DNA from: a virus
Lineage: Duplodnaviria; Caudoviricetes
Length of the DNA stretch: 54,442 nucleotides
Reading direction: 5' to 3' (one strand)
Virus record (IMG/VR): IMGVR_UViG_3300021197_000088
Span: 1-54,442 of that record
The number at the start of each line of letters is the position of its first letter. The first letter of the stretch is position 1. A program made the position numbers and the translations under genes. The notes beneath the pieces were generated by a model. The model saw only the letters and a list, made by a program, of their open reading frames with translations. It searched no databases and was not told where the DNA came from. Below, one piece after another: positions 9,213 to 19,562 of this stretch.

Positions 9213-9218
9213 TATAAC
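9190..9218 (+). promoter_or_regulatory. Sigma70 promoter
   Basis: TTGACA-17 bp-TATAAC with extended -10 TG. Confidence 0.8.
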
Positions 9219-9252
9219 TATCCATCTTACAACTGAAAAGGAGTTGATAAAC

Positions 9253-10131
9253 ATGAATCAAGTAACAACGATAGATACTAATAACTACGCTGAAATGGCA
9301 AAGGCTATGGGCATTGCCAATGAAGCACCCGCACAAAAGAAACAAGGAATGTTCCTTGCTCGTTTACGTATTAACCACTCGCCTATTATAGGCACAGAGA
9401 AAGTGCTGGTTCAGGGTGGTACGTACAAGCTAGAGATTCCTGATGGCCCTACGTACTACGCTGAGTCTGCTATAGTGCGTCCCTTTATGCAACGCTTCAT
9501 GTACAAGAAGTTTATAATGGGTAGTGGCGGTATACCTAACCGTTATGTTAAGACTGTTATGGCTGATACGCTTAACACAGACTTGAAGGATAACGATGGT
9601 GGCTTTAACTGTGGTAAGCCTTCTGGCTGGATAGAAGACTTTAAGTCCTTGCCTGACGCTACGAAAGAACTGATTCGTTCTATCAAGCGTGTACGTGTAG
9701 TGCTTGGCACAGTTGAGTTGGTGAATCCAAAGGATGCAGAAGGCAATGCTGTAGAGTTGGATAATACCCCATTCATTTGGGAAGTAGAGAACCGTGACGC
9801 ATTTAAGACTGTAGGCGGTGTGTTCTCACAGCTTGCTAAGATGAAGCGTCTACCTGTGCAGCATATCGTTACGTTGAATACTGAAGAGCGTAAGCTTCCT
9901 AACGGTAATAGCTTCTATCTACCAACGACTTCGTTAGATATTACTAATGCAGTAGAACTTACCCAAGAAGACCAGAATATGTTTGGAGACTTTATGTCTT
10001 GGGTAACTAACTACAATGAGTACATCATCAATGCTTATGCAGAGAAAGCATCTAGCCATGATGACGATGACTTGGAAGAGTTAGACCTTGCAGGTGTTAT
10101 TGATGTTGAACTAGAAGAAGAGGTAGCATAA
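9253..10131 (+). CDS. Putative single-stranded DNA-binding protein
   Basis: Position between polymerase and nucleases; strongly acidic C-terminal tail; function inferred. Confidence 0.55.
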   Translation: MNQVTTIDTNNYAEMAKAMGIANEAPAQKKQGMFLARLRINHSPIIGTEKVLVQGGTYKLEIPDGPTYYAESAIVRPFMQRFMYKKFIMGSGGIPNRYVKTVMADTLNTDLKDNDGGFNCGKPSGWIEDFKSLPDATKELIRSIKRVRVVLGTVELVNPKDAEGNAVELDNTPFIWEVENRDAFKTVGGVFSQLAKMKRLPVQHIVTLNTEERKLPNGNSFYLPTTSLDITNAVELTQEDQNMFGDFMSWVTNYNEYIINAYAEKASSHDDDDLEELDLAGVIDVELEEEVA

Positions 10132-10982
10132 TGAAACACCCTGCTGAACTGGCACTACATCAGTATCTCACGGATGCTGTAACAGGTAAGTCAACCATGT
10201 CACAAGACACAATCAAACAGATTGGTGATGATGTCATGGCGGCTGCTAAACGCCAGTTTGGTGGGGGTAATAAGCGTGACAAGTTTGGTCTGCGTATGTC
10301 TAATGTAGGCAGGCCAACTTGCCAACTCTGGTACGAAAAGAATAAACCAGAGGAAGCTATACCCTTTCCAACGACATTCGTAATGAACATGATGCTTGGA
10401 GATATAGTTGAGGCTGTCTTCAAAGGTATACTAACAGAAGCAGGAGTGAAGTATGAAGACACGGACAAAGTTACTCTTGACCTTGGTGACGATAGCGTTT
10501 CTGGTTCTTATGACCTTATCCTTGATGGTGCAGTTGATGATATTAAATCAGCTTCAGACTGGTCATACAGAAACAAGTTTGAATCCTTTGACACTCTTGC
10601 CAGCGGTGATGGCTTCGGCTACGTAGCACAGCTTGCTGGTTACGCTAAAGCCGCAGGCAAGAAAGCAGGTGGCTGGTGGGTAGTCAACAAGTCTAACGGT
10701 TCATTCAAATACGTACCCGCTACAGGGCTTGACGTGACCGCAGAAGTGTCTAAGATAAAGTCAACAGTAAACAAGGTAAAGGAGAACAAATTTGAAAGAT
10801 GTTTTCAACCAGTACCAGAAAAGTTTAGAGGAAAGGAGACGGGTAATAAGATACTTAACGATGGCTGCAAGTTTTGTTCTTATCGTTTTAGCTGTTGGCC
10901 TACTCTGGTCGAAAGACCTGCTGTAAAGTCACAGGCTAAGAACCCACCTATCGTAAACTATATTGGTGAAGTAGTTGCCTAA
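10131..10982 (+). CDS. Cas4-like PD-(D/E)XK exonuclease
   Basis: N-terminal Cys (CQLWY), YD...DIKS, QLAGY, C-terminal CKFCSYRFSC (1+3 Cys pattern). Confidence 0.85.
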   Translation: MKHPAELALHQYLTDAVTGKSTMSQDTIKQIGDDVMAAAKRQFGGGNKRDKFGLRMSNVGRPTCQLWYEKNKPEEAIPFPTTFVMNMMLGDIVEAVFKGILTEAGVKYEDTDKVTLDLGDDSVSGSYDLILDGAVDDIKSASDWSYRNKFESFDTLASGDGFGYVAQLAGYAKAAGKKAGGWWVVNKSNGSFKYVPATGLDVTAEVSKIKSTVNKVKENKFERCFQPVPEKFRGKETGNKILNDGCKFCSYRFSCWPTLVERPAVKSQAKNPPIVNYIGEVVA

Positions 10983-11430
10983 CGCAAAACAATTTAAAGC
11001 AGCACGAAAGTATGGGTATCGTAGCGGTCTTGAACTCAAGGTATCTGACTACCTCAAAGAACATAAAGTAAAGTTTGTGTATGAGGCAGTCAAGATTGAG
11101 TGGGAAGACCTAGCCTACAGAACATATACACCAGACTTCGTGCTGTTTAATGGTATTATAATAGAGACAAAGGGTATGTTTACTGCAGCAGATAGGCGTA
11201 AACATCTTGCAATAAAGAAACAACATCCTAAATTAGATATACGTTTTGTCTTTGAGAATAGCAAACGCAAGTTACGTAAGGGAGCTAAGTCCACTTATGC
11301 TGAGTGGTGTATTCGCTATGGATTTAAATACTATGACAGGATTATTCCTGAAGATTGGTTAAAAGAAAAAGGTAAAAACAAACATCCAAAGTTTATTAAG
11401 TTTGGTGGCACAAAGGTAAAAAGGAGATAG
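10975..11430 (+). CDS. T7 endonuclease I-like Holliday junction resolvase
   Basis: YRSGLE, YTPDF, IIETKG, DIRFVF; TTG start. Confidence 0.9.
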   Translation: MPNAKQFKAARKYGYRSGLELKVSDYLKEHKVKFVYEAVKIEWEDLAYRTYTPDFVLFNGIIIETKGMFTAADRRKHLAIKKQHPKLDIRFVFENSKRKLRKGAKSTYAEWCIRYGFKYYDRIIPEDWLKEKGKNKHPKFIKFGGTKVKRR

Positions 11431-11432
11431 GC

Positions 11433-11807
11433 ATGAATAAGATGATGACCAAATTATCAAAAGAAATAAATATCGAAGACTTCCTTATACGTATTAGACC
11501 TTTCTCTGATGACGATGGTAGATGGTCTGGTGAAGTGGATGTATCTATAATGGCTATGCCAGATAACCCTTTAGTGGATGAGGATTATAATCAGCTTATG
11601 CACTTTACTAAAATGGTATGTGCCTCTATACCTGTCATGGAAGAGATAGAAGATTTAAGGAATCTTGTACATGAATACGTAATAAAAGTTGTTGACAATG
11701 ACATGGACATTGATGTAGAGTTAGAAGATAACATGGGGGTTGAGAAAACTTACGATGGTAATGTTATACATCTAAATTTTAACAGTAAAACAAAGGGGTC
11801 AGCATGA
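11433..11807 (+). CDS. Hypothetical protein
   Basis: AAGGAG SD; 124-aa ORF in the operon. Confidence 0.8.
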   Translation: MNKMMTKLSKEINIEDFLIRIRPFSDDDGRWSGEVDVSIMAMPDNPLVDEDYNQLMHFTKMVCASIPVMEEIEDLRNLVHEYVIKVVDNDMDIDVELEDNMGVEKTYDGNVIHLNFNSKTKGSA

Positions 11808-12112
11808 GTAGGTATGAAGATTACATGGTAGCTAGACTTAGAGAAGAGGAGATTCGCATGAAAAGTCCAAAGAAAAATAAGGACAATGTAGTTGATATGG
11901 TAAACAGTCCACCACACTACAACCAAACAGGCATCGAATGTATACATGCTATCTCTGCTGCTACAGGTGATGGCTTTAAGCACTACTTGCAGGGCAACGT
12001 ATTGAAATATCTATGGCGTTTTGACTATAAAGATAAACCCTTGCAGGATTTACAGAAGGCACAGTGGTACTTAAACGCTCTTGTTGAAGAGGTTATGGCA
12101 AATGAGAGTTAA
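11804..12112 (+). CDS. DUF3310 family protein (T7 gp1.7-like putative nucleotide kinase)
   Basis: VNSPPHY, IECI, GNVLKYLWR, DLQKAQWYL. Confidence 0.88.
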   Translation: MSRYEDYMVARLREEEIRMKSPKKNKDNVVDMVNSPPHYNQTGIECIHAISAATGDGFKHYLQGNVLKYLWRFDYKDKPLQDLQKAQWYLNALVEEVMANES

Positions 12113-12260
12113 GATGTACATAACCATAGACATAGATGATGAAGAATATCCAGTGCCAGCAGATGGAAGAGTTGGTGATGAATTAGAAGAGAGCATACAA
12201 GAATACTTTTATGACATAGAAGGTGCAGACATTAAACACATTAGAACAATTACGGAGTGA
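12102..12260 (+). CDS. Hypothetical protein, 52 aa (MRVKMYITIDIDDEEYPVPADG...)
   Basis: Read manually; fills the gap before the RNR gene. Confidence 0.75.
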   Translation: MRVKMYITIDIDDEEYPVPADGRVGDELEESIQEYFYDIEGADIKHIRTITE

Positions 12261-12265
12261 CAGAG

Positions 12266-14197
12266 ATGCTAAGAAATACATTACCAACAGACTACCAGAA
12301 CTTTATAGCCTTATCTCGCTATGCAAGATGGAAAGATGATGAGCAACGCCGTGAGACATGGGGTGAAACTGTGTCCAGATATTTTGATTACATGTCTAAG
12401 CACTTGCAAGACAATCACAACTATAAAATATCTCAAGCATTAAGAGGCGAACTAGAGGATGCAGTACTTAATCAGAGTATCATGCCTAGCATGAGAGCGT
12501 TAATGACAAGTGGCCCCGCACTTGACCGCTGCCATGTAGGTGGATACAACTGCTCATACGTACCTGTGGATAGCCCTCGTGCATTTGATGAGACTATGTA
12601 CATACTTATGTGTGGTACAGGCGTAGGCTTTAGCGTGGAGCGTCACTGTGTAGAGAAGCTACCTACCGTAGCGGAAGACTTTCATCGTACTGATACAGTA
12701 ATCAAAGTAGGTGACAGCAGACCCGGCTGGGCTAAGTCACTTAAAGAGTTGATTGCTATGCTGTATATAGGTCAGATACCTGCATGGGATATGTCAGAGG
12801 TACGCCCTGCTGGTGCTAGGCTCAAAACATTTGGTGGTAGGGCATCAGGCCCACAGCCTCTAGTAGAATTGTTTGAGTTTGTTGTACAGAAGTTTAGAGG
12901 TGCAGCAGGACGTAAGCTATATCCTATTGAGTGTCACGACATTATGTGTAAAATTGGTGAGGTTGTGGTCGTTGGCGGTGTACGTAGGTCAGCACTCATT
13001 AGCTTATCTAATTTAAATGATGACCAGATGGCACATGCTAAGTCAGGTAAGTGGTGGGAGTATGAAGGACAACGTGCGTTGGCTAACAACTCTGTAGCCT
13101 ACAAGACTAAGCCTGAGATGGGTACATTTATGCGTGAGTGGTTGTCGCTGTACGACAGTAAGTCAGGTGAGCGTGGTATCTTTAACAGGCAGTCAGCTAT
13201 AAAGCAAGCTGCTAAGAATGGTAGACGAGATACTGAGCATGACTTTGGTTGTAACCCTTGTAGTGAGATAATCTTACGCCCCTATCAATTCTGTAATTTG
13301 TCAGAGGTAGTAGTGCGTCAAAGCGACACACTCGACACATTGAAAGAAAAGGTTAGGTGGGCTACACTTCTTGGTACATTCCAAGCTACATTAACTAACT
13401 TTAAATACATACGTAAAATATGGAAAGATAACACAGAGGAAGAAAGATTGCTGGGTGTGTCACTAACAGGTATCATGGACAATCCTATGACATCTAAGTC
13501 TGGTGAAAGACTAAACATACTGCTGGGTATATTAAAAGATGAAGCTGTACGCACTAACAAAGAGATGTCAGAATCTCTTAACATACCACAAGCAACTGCT
13601 GTCACTTGTGTGAAGCCTAGTGGTACAGTGTCACAACTTACTGATGCAGCGTCAGGTATTCATGCAAGACACAATCCTTTCTATGTACGTACTGTACGTG
13701 GTGATAATAAAGACCCACTTACACAGTTCCTTATATCACAAGGCATACCTTCTGAACCTGACGTAATGAAACCCGACTCAACGACAGTGTTCAGCTTTCC
13801 TATGCAGTCACCCTTGGGTGCTATCACACGCACACAGATGAACGCTATAGAGCAGCTAGAGTTATGGCTCACCTATCAGCGTTACTGGTGTGAACATAAG
13901 CCTAGTGTAACAATTTCAGTTAAGGAATCTGAATGGATGGACGTAGGTGCTTGGGTATACAAACACTTTGATGAGGTGTCTGGTATCAGCTTCCTGCCAT
14001 TCAGTGAGCATACATATCAGCAAGCACCTTATCAGGATATAGATAAAGATGAATACAAAAAGTTCTTGACAAAAATGCCAAAGAATGTAGACTGGTCATT
14101 ACTCAAGGAGTTTGAGAAAGAAGACACCACATCAGGTGGACGTGAGTTAGCGTGTACTGCAGGTGTGTGTGAAATTGTAGACATAGAGGCAGCGTGA
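12266..14197 (+). CDS. nrdJ: Class II (adenosylcobalamin-dependent) ribonucleotide reductase
   Basis: YNCS, VVVGGVRRSALI, NPCSE, KPSGT, C-terminal CTAGVCE; no small-subunit gene nearby. Confidence 0.92.
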   Translation: MLRNTLPTDYQNFIALSRYARWKDDEQRRETWGETVSRYFDYMSKHLQDNHNYKISQALRGELEDAVLNQSIMPSMRALMTSGPALDRCHVGGYNCSYVPVDSPRAFDETMYILMCGTGVGFSVERHCVEKLPTVAEDFHRTDTVIKVGDSRPGWAKSLKELIAMLYIGQIPAWDMSEVRPAGARLKTFGGRASGPQPLVELFEFVVQKFRGAAGRKLYPIECHDIMCKIGEVVVVGGVRRSALISLSNLNDDQMAHAKSGKWWEYEGQRALANNSVAYKTKPEMGTFMREWLSLYDSKSGERGIFNRQSAIKQAAKNGRRDTEHDFGCNPCSEIILRPYQFCNLSEVVVRQSDTLDTLKEKVRWATLLGTFQATLTNFKYIRKIWKDNTEEERLLGVSLTGIMDNPMTSKSGERLNILLGILKDEAVRTNKEMSESLNIPQATAVTCVKPSGTVSQLTDAASGIHARHNPFYVRTVRGDNKDPLTQFLISQGIPSEPDVMKPDSTTVFSFPMQSPLGAITRTQMNAIEQLELWLTYQRYWCEHKPSVTISVKESEWMDVGAWVYKHFDEVSGISFLPFSEHTYQQAPYQDIDKDEYKKFLTKMPKNVDWSLLKEFEKEDTTSGGRELACTAGVCEIVDIEAA

Positions 14198-14198
14198 T

Positions 14199-14357
14199 AT
14201 GAATTGCTGGTACTGTGGAACAGAATTAATCTGGGGTGGGGATATAGATATAGAAGAACAATTTGAAAACTTCTGTATGGAAACAAACCTATCGTGTCCT
14301 AATCCAGATTGCAGGGCTGAAGTTATTATGTATTTACCAAAAGCAGAAAGGAGTTGA
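14199..14357 (+). CDS. Small zinc-finger protein, 52 aa (MNCWYCGTELIWGGD...CPNPDC)
   Basis: Read manually; GAGG SD; CxxC plus CxxxxC. Confidence 0.8.
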   Translation: MNCWYCGTELIWGGDIDIEEQFENFCMETNLSCPNPDCRAEVIMYLPKAERS

Positions 14358-14358
14358 C

Positions 14359-14556
14359 ATGGAAGCATTATTAGTATTAGGTGCATTAGCATATGGTATG
14401 CATCACATAAATAAACAAGACGAACCAGAAGCAACGGTACAAGGAGAAGTAATCTTTAACGAAGGCATAGAAGAGATTGACTGGTCTAAAGCAGGTAACT
14501 TTAGGACAGTTAGTACAGAGAACAACGTACAATGGGTAATGATAACAGAGGGGTGA
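14359..14556 (+). CDS. Hypothetical protein with hydrophobic N-terminus
   Basis: AAGGAG SD; start moved from ORF track 14263. Confidence 0.7.
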   Translation: MEALLVLGALAYGMHHINKQDEPEATVQGEVIFNEGIEEIDWSKAGNFRTVSTENNVQWVMITEG

Positions 14557-14559
14557 TAC

Positions 14560-14817
14560 ATGCGAGACATATTAATTAACGCTACACGTTCTCATCTAGC
14601 AGGACAAATAAATAAACACCTTGCTAATGTAGAAGTATATATGAACAATACTATTGGTATCGGAGAACACTCTGATATAGTAGAGACTATAGAATTAGAA
14701 CTTGAGCAGATGGCTAACTACCACGATAAGTTAGAGATGCTTACAAAATACTTTATACAACCACAACTCCAACAGGCAGAAGGAGACACAACCGATGAAC
14801 AAACTGGAACCGAATAA
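14560..14817 (+). CDS. Conserved hypothetical phage protein
   Basis: ANVEVYM...GIGEHSDI motif. Confidence 0.8.
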   Translation: MRDILINATRSHLAGQINKHLANVEVYMNNTIGIGEHSDIVETIELELEQMANYHDKLEMLTKYFIQPQLQQAEGDTTDEQTGTE

Positions 14818-15220
14818 GAAAGACCGTAAGAAGTTTGACATTGACCTTGAGTATGGTAAGGTTCGTGAGAAGCAAGTAGCGGATATGCTACAGGATAAAA
14901 AGATTGAGGTGAAAAGTGAAAGGGATGTATGGCAAAAGACTGGCAACATTGCTATCGAGTATGAGTGCTATGGTAAACCAAGTGGTATCAACGCTACGGA
15001 ATCAGATTACTGGTTCCACAATCTATGTATCGGTGATGAAACTTTTGCAACAATTGTGTTTGATACTACCTCGTTAAAGCGTATCATATCTAACTTGGAT
15101 AGCAAACGTAGTGTATCAGGTGGGGATAATAATGCAGCACGAATGTATCTGCTTAATTTGCAGAAGTTGTTTTCCTCTGACGTAATCAAAGCCTTTAAGG
15201 AGACCAAAGATGCGGCGTAG
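14795..15220 (+). CDS. PD-(D/E)XK-like nuclease-fold protein
   Basis: FDIDLEYG, KIEVKSERD, TGNIAIEY. Confidence 0.6.
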   Translation: MNKLEPNKKDRKKFDIDLEYGKVREKQVADMLQDKKIEVKSERDVWQKTGNIAIEYECYGKPSGINATESDYWFHNLCIGDETFATIVFDTTSLKRIISNLDSKRSVSGGDNNAARMYLLNLQKLFSSDVIKAFKETKDAA

Positions 15221-15470
15221 CGGCCTAAGTAAATATGATGCTCCACTACGTATTCAATACCAGTGGGGCTATGAAGCCTTTAAACGTGGTGGTAAGCTAA
15301 TTAAAGTAGGTGATAAAACTATGTTTCAAGAGAACCGTCCTAACATTGACCCTAACACTATGCAGTATCGTGAGTGGGAACGAGGATGGAACGATGCCTA
15401 CCATGAGAATCTAAACAAGGGTAAAACTAATGACACTAGAAGAAGAGGCGAAACAGTGGATGAAGAATAA
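15210..15470 (+). CDS. Hypothetical protein
   Basis: AAGGAG SD; GYEAF...EWERGWNDA pattern reminiscent of Rmf/CrpP-like folds. Confidence 0.7.
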   Translation: MRRSGLSKYDAPLRIQYQWGYEAFKRGGKLIKVGDKTMFQENRPNIDPNTMQYREWERGWNDAYHENLNKGKTNDTRRRGETVDEE

Positions 15471-15813
15471 ATCTTTAAGCGGTATAACAGCTACTGAATA
15501 TCAGATACGTGCAGCAGAGACAGCCATCTTCCCAAAAGAAAAAGCCCTTGAGTATATTACTCTTGGGCTTACTGGTGAGGCTGGTGAGATTGCTAATAAA
15601 GTTAAGAAGCTGATACGTGATGGTGCAGATGTTGAAGGGTACAACGATAAGTTAAATCAGATAGGTGCAGAGTTAGGTGATGTCCTGTGGTACTGCGCTA
15701 TGCTGGCAAGAGAAGTGGATATAAATCTTGGTAGTGTTATGGAAAGCAATCTTAAAAAGTTGGCAGATAGGAAAGCTAGGAATCGCCTACAGGGTGATGG
15801 TGACAATCGTTAA
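15430..15813 (+). CDS. mazG: MazG-like NTP pyrophosphohydrolase
   Basis: LGLTGEAGEIANKVKK, ELGDVLWY, NLKKL..R. Confidence 0.9.
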   Translation: MTLEEEAKQWMKNKSLSGITATEYQIRAAETAIFPKEKALEYITLGLTGEAGEIANKVKKLIRDGADVEGYNDKLNQIGAELGDVLWYCAMLAREVDINLGSVMESNLKKLADRKARNRLQGDGDNR

Positions 15814-15922
15814 GTATGCACCGTTTGTTGCTATCGTTGGCTGGCTCTTGTATGCCATTGGCATGGGGCTGGCTAATGATTTATGTAACTGTGTAAAGGA
15901 GTATGATGGATGGTGGCGTTAG
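15797..15922 (+). CDS. Small membrane protein, 41 aa
   Basis: 3' part of ORF track 15728..15922; one hydrophobic helix. Confidence 0.5.
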   Translation: MVTIVKYAPFVAIVGWLLYAIGMGLANDLCNCVKEYDGWWR

Positions 15923-15984
15923 GTATACTAGCTATGCTGTATATGTACTTGTTACATATCTTAGCCAAGGAGCAGGGGATTTAG
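15910..15984 (+). CDS. Possible 24-aa hydrophobic micropeptide MVALGILAMLYMYLLHILAKEQGI
   Basis: AAGGAG SD; stop falls in the terminator loop. Confidence 0.45.
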   Translation: MVALGILAMLYMYLLHILAKEQGI

Positions 15985-15997
15985 TCCCCTGTTTTTT
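15973..15997 (+). terminator. Rho-independent terminator where the two arms converge
   Basis: CAGGGGA-TTTAG-TCCCCTG followed by T6. Confidence 0.85.
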
Positions 15998-18900
15998 ATT
16001 TGTACGCATCCCTTAATGCTTTGCCATACTCAGCAAGGGCAAACAAGTCTTCCACACTAGCACCATCAGCAGGTCTACCTTCACCCAGCAAGAACTCTGA
16101 TGCAGCATTCTTACGTATGTCAGAGGGAAGCCTACGATAAGCTGTCATAGCTTCTATGTATGCAGGTGCATCAGCCATTACAGTCTTGCCATCTGATAGT
16201 TGTTTCTTGGCTGCTTTAATCTGAGTTGTGATAAGAGGTTTGATACGACTATTGACAAACTCTTGCTCAGTCATCTCATCCTGTAGTTCAGGACTGCCCT
16301 TGTAAGTATCACGAGACTGCTCTTCATAAGCCTGTGCTGCAGCTACAATACCGGGGATGATGTCACGCAATTGAGCATTCTCAAACCTACGTATGCTAGG
16401 TACTTTAGATGTACTACCCAACTCAAACTCAGTTAAACCAAGGCGTTTAATATACTCACCCTCTTCACTATCCTGTGTTCTCAGGGTAAGACCTAGCCCC
16501 ACCTTCAATGCTGAACCCACTCTACTTGATTCCTCTTGGAATAAGCGTTCACGTTTGGGTTGTTCATCTTCTGTTATTACACCATCCTCATTTATGTCTA
16601 GGTCTACATCTCTTTTATTTACAGTACCGTCTTTATTTACTCGCACATCTCTAGCTATAAATCCTCTTGCCTCAAAGGGTCGCTTAATCTCCTTCTCAAA
16701 AGTAGAACCAAAGTCTAGTGTAGGGTCTAACGCTACGTCCTTATATATTTCTCCACGTCTACCTAATGCACGTTCAGTATCAATTATTTGTGCAAACGGT
16801 ACAGCCCATGTAGATAGATAGTTACCTAAAGCACGTCCTACTCGCCTTGCTGCAGCTTCATCCCTAGTCAAATCAGAATCACCTGCTAGTTGAACAACTT
16901 CATCTACGATGCTATTACCTACCCCTGTACGTATGTTAGTTCCTAAGAATGTCTCAAAAAACTCCCTTGCATTAAAGAAGTCATCGAATGTGCCATCCTT
17001 TACACGCTTAGTTGCTTCACCTAAGTACAGCATCTGACGTAGAGGAAACTGTGGTGTAGTATCTAGTACTGTACCATCACCTACATTAATCTCTTTATAA
17101 TCGGCAGGTGCATCCTCACCACTACGAGCCATGTAAGCTGCACCAACTGCACCTATGCCTACTAAGTTACGTGAGATACGTTGTCTATCTTTGGCAGATA
17201 GTTTAGTGCCTTTAGGTATTTGACCCATCAGCTTCTTTGTTAATGGTATAGATGCACCACCTGCATAATTACCCATCAACTCCATTGAGTTAAACATAAA
17301 GCGTGGGAATGGCATTACAACGGTCAAGCCATTACGAGTAATGAACGATGTAGCTTCTCTGAACACACCAATGTCAGGCTGCTTTGCATAGGTTACATCT
17401 AGTGCATTGTTAGTAGCATCAGCTACCAGTTCATTAAATGACCTAGCACCTTTAGGACGTACCGTAGTTGAATCGTTAAGCAAGTCTTTAATCTTGCCCT
17501 CATTCAACGTGTCAATTAAATCAATCTTATACTCACGCTTGACTAGGCGTTCTAGTTCACCAAGGAATGCACCCCTGCGTACAAGGTATTCTTGCCAGCG
17601 GTTAGCACTGTTTAGTACACTGACACCATCCTCTAGTTCAGATAGTACAAAATCTGCTCCCTTGCCCAGTGTAGTCGTAGCCTGTCCACGGCCTGTTGCT
17701 TGCTGAAGTTCATTAAGCTGGTTAAACATAAGGTCAAACTGCTTGGATAGTTCAGGTCTATCTAAGATAAAGTCAACATACTCTTTGGCATCTAGTCTGC
17801 TTTCAGGCCCAAACATATACTTCATGTTGGCAAAGCTATCTTTCCAGTTTTCCCTACTCAGTATAGACTTAGCACCAGCAGCAGCCTTACCACCTACGCC
17901 CTTTGCTTCGCCCATGTTGTACAAGGCAGTGTCCATTACGTTACCTAGTGAATCCATAGGTGAACGAATACCAGCAGACTGTAGGTTACGTGCGGCAGTA
18001 GCAAGCTGAGACACTAGACCACCACGGCGTACGCCTTCTAAGCGCATGATGTTATTACGTATATTACCCTGACGTGCCTGTGTAGCTGCACGTTGCAAGT
18101 CTTGCATCTCATTGAGTGGCCTTGCACGTTTAATCTGAGACAGCTTGTTCAGTACCTTACCTGCCTCTGAGCCAGAGCCTACGACAGTAAGGATGTAATC
18201 CTCAAAGGATACATTGTACTTGTTAAGAGTGTCGATGAGTTCATCACCCGCTATCAGTTCTTTGTTAATAGTCAGGTCAAGCAGGTTATCAATTACAGTC
18301 TTATCATTATCAAACGCTGTAGGATACTTAGTCTTTAAGTCTGCGGCTGCAGCAACTAGACCATCTAGCTTCTCTGGCTTGAGTATAGGTGCTACAATAG
18401 AATCGCTTTCCCCTTGCAAATTAAACAAAAGTCTAGCTGTGTCATCGTCAGCAACTTCAACATCTTTGCCTGATGTGATAACATCACCTGCTGATGTTTT
18501 CCTGTCCTTAAATTCTATTTCTCTAGCAGTTTCTCTACCTGCTTTACGTGCTAGTTCATCATCAACTACACGCACACCGTCTACTACAGTTGAGATGGTC
18601 TTACCTGTCTGCTCTTCAAAGCCTATGATAAGTTCATTCTTTAAGTCTACATTCTCTGCAGCTACCTGTTCAGCCCTTGCTGTCTTAGCTGCTATCTCTT
18701 CTGCCGTAGCTTCCTTGGCCTTGTTGATATTCATCTTACGGTCAAGCAGTTTCTCACGGGCTTTCTCACCCCTTTTTTGTAGCTTGGCTGTTTGTTTAGC
18801 CTCTCTAAATAGCTTTCTTACAGGACGCATAGCCGCTGAAGCACCCGGAACCATATTCTCCATCATCTCTAACATCATACCCATATCACCAGCAAACTTC

Positions 18901-19562
18901 TCGCCGCCAACCCTGTCCTCAAAGGGTACGTCAACTCCAACAGCTTTTAATCCTTTAGTTAAGGCTACTCCAACATTGGCGGTAGTGTCAGACACAGCTT
19001 CCATAGCTACAGCTAGATTTCTAATGTCTTTACCTGCTGCTTTACCAATCCATTCTACAATAGGTTGAAGTGGTTCTGCTATAGATTCCTCTATAAAGTT
19101 TTCTGGTATTACACTGCCAATATTACTAAGTTCCTCTGCTGTTTTTGCAGTACGGGCATAGTTAAACGCAGAGTCAGTTTGTTCTGACACTGTTGGTGTA
19201 GGCGCATCAATAGATTCTAGTTTGGGGAGATAGTCCTCTGGTGCATCACCAGTAGGTACTTGAGGTACATACCTAGTACCTTCAGGTACTTCACCTGTAT
19301 CTACAGGCTCTGTTGAGACAGCAGTATCTAATTGCTGCCCCTGTCGTCTAGCTTTTAGCCTGTCTTTTAAAGATACTACAGTAGTGTCGGGAGCAGTTAC
19401 AACTTCATCTTGTTCTGTTTGTGCTGCTTGTAATCTTCTAGCCCTTAATTTATCTTTAAGGCTTTGTCCTTCTTCATCGTCATCTTGAATATCAGACGAT
19501 AAAGCATCATCAGTAATAGACTGCTGTCTTTTTAGTTTTAGTTGTTCTCGTAAAGAAGACAT
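15996..19562 (-). CDS. Large internal virion (ejection) protein
   Basis: 1188 aa, helical, last gene of the structural arm; function inferred from position. Confidence 0.7.
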   Translation of the reverse strand: MSSLREQLKLKRQQSITDDALSSDIQDDDEEGQSLKDKLRARRLQAAQTEQDEVVTAPDTTVVSLKDRLKARRQGQQLDTAVSTEPVDTGEVPEGTRYVPQVPTGDAPEDYLPKLESIDAPTPTVSEQTDSAFNYARTAKTAEELSNIGSVIPENFIEESIAEPLQPIVEWIGKAAGKDIRNLAVAMEAVSDTTANVGVALTKGLKAVGVDVPFEDRVGGEKFAGDMGMMLEMMENMVPGASAAMRPVRKLFREAKQTAKLQKRGEKAREKLLDRKMNINKAKEATAEEIAAKTARAEQVAAENVDLKNELIIGFEEQTGKTISTVVDGVRVVDDELARKAGRETAREIEFKDRKTSAGDVITSGKDVEVADDDTARLLFNLQGESDSIVAPILKPEKLDGLVAAAADLKTKYPTAFDNDKTVIDNLLDLTINKELIAGDELIDTLNKYNVSFEDYILTVVGSGSEAGKVLNKLSQIKRARPLNEMQDLQRAATQARQGNIRNNIMRLEGVRRGGLVSQLATAARNLQSAGIRSPMDSLGNVMDTALYNMGEAKGVGGKAAAGAKSILSRENWKDSFANMKYMFGPESRLDAKEYVDFILDRPELSKQFDLMFNQLNELQQATGRGQATTTLGKGADFVLSELEDGVSVLNSANRWQEYLVRRGAFLGELERLVKREYKIDLIDTLNEGKIKDLLNDSTTVRPKGARSFNELVADATNNALDVTYAKQPDIGVFREATSFITRNGLTVVMPFPRFMFNSMELMGNYAGGASIPLTKKLMGQIPKGTKLSAKDRQRISRNLVGIGAVGAAYMARSGEDAPADYKEINVGDGTVLDTTPQFPLRQMLYLGEATKRVKDGTFDDFFNAREFFETFLGTNIRTGVGNSIVDEVVQLAGDSDLTRDEAAARRVGRALGNYLSTWAVPFAQIIDTERALGRRGEIYKDVALDPTLDFGSTFEKEIKRPFEARGFIARDVRVNKDGTVNKRDVDLDINEDGVITEDEQPKRERLFQEESSRVGSALKVGLGLTLRTQDSEEGEYIKRLGLTEFELGSTSKVPSIRRFENAQLRDIIPGIVAAAQAYEEQSRDTYKGSPELQDEMTEQEFVNSRIKPLITTQIKAAKKQLSDGKTVMADAPAYIEAMTAYRRLPSDIRKNAASEFLLGEGRPADGASVEDLFALAEYGKALRDAYK

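Noticed and set aside
10131-10982. CRISPR-Cas system suggested by the Cas4-like gene
   Set aside because: No repeat-spacer array or other cas genes; solo Cas4-like nucleases are ordinary in phage replication modules
7170-14197. Inteins or introns in polA or nrdJ
   Set aside because: Both are continuous and of normal length, with no splice-junction or homing-endonuclease motifs
1-15990. T7-like single-subunit RNA polymerase and phage-specific promoters
   Set aside because: No such ORF in the window; sigma70-type promoters are present instead (a gene in the missing gap cannot be excluded)
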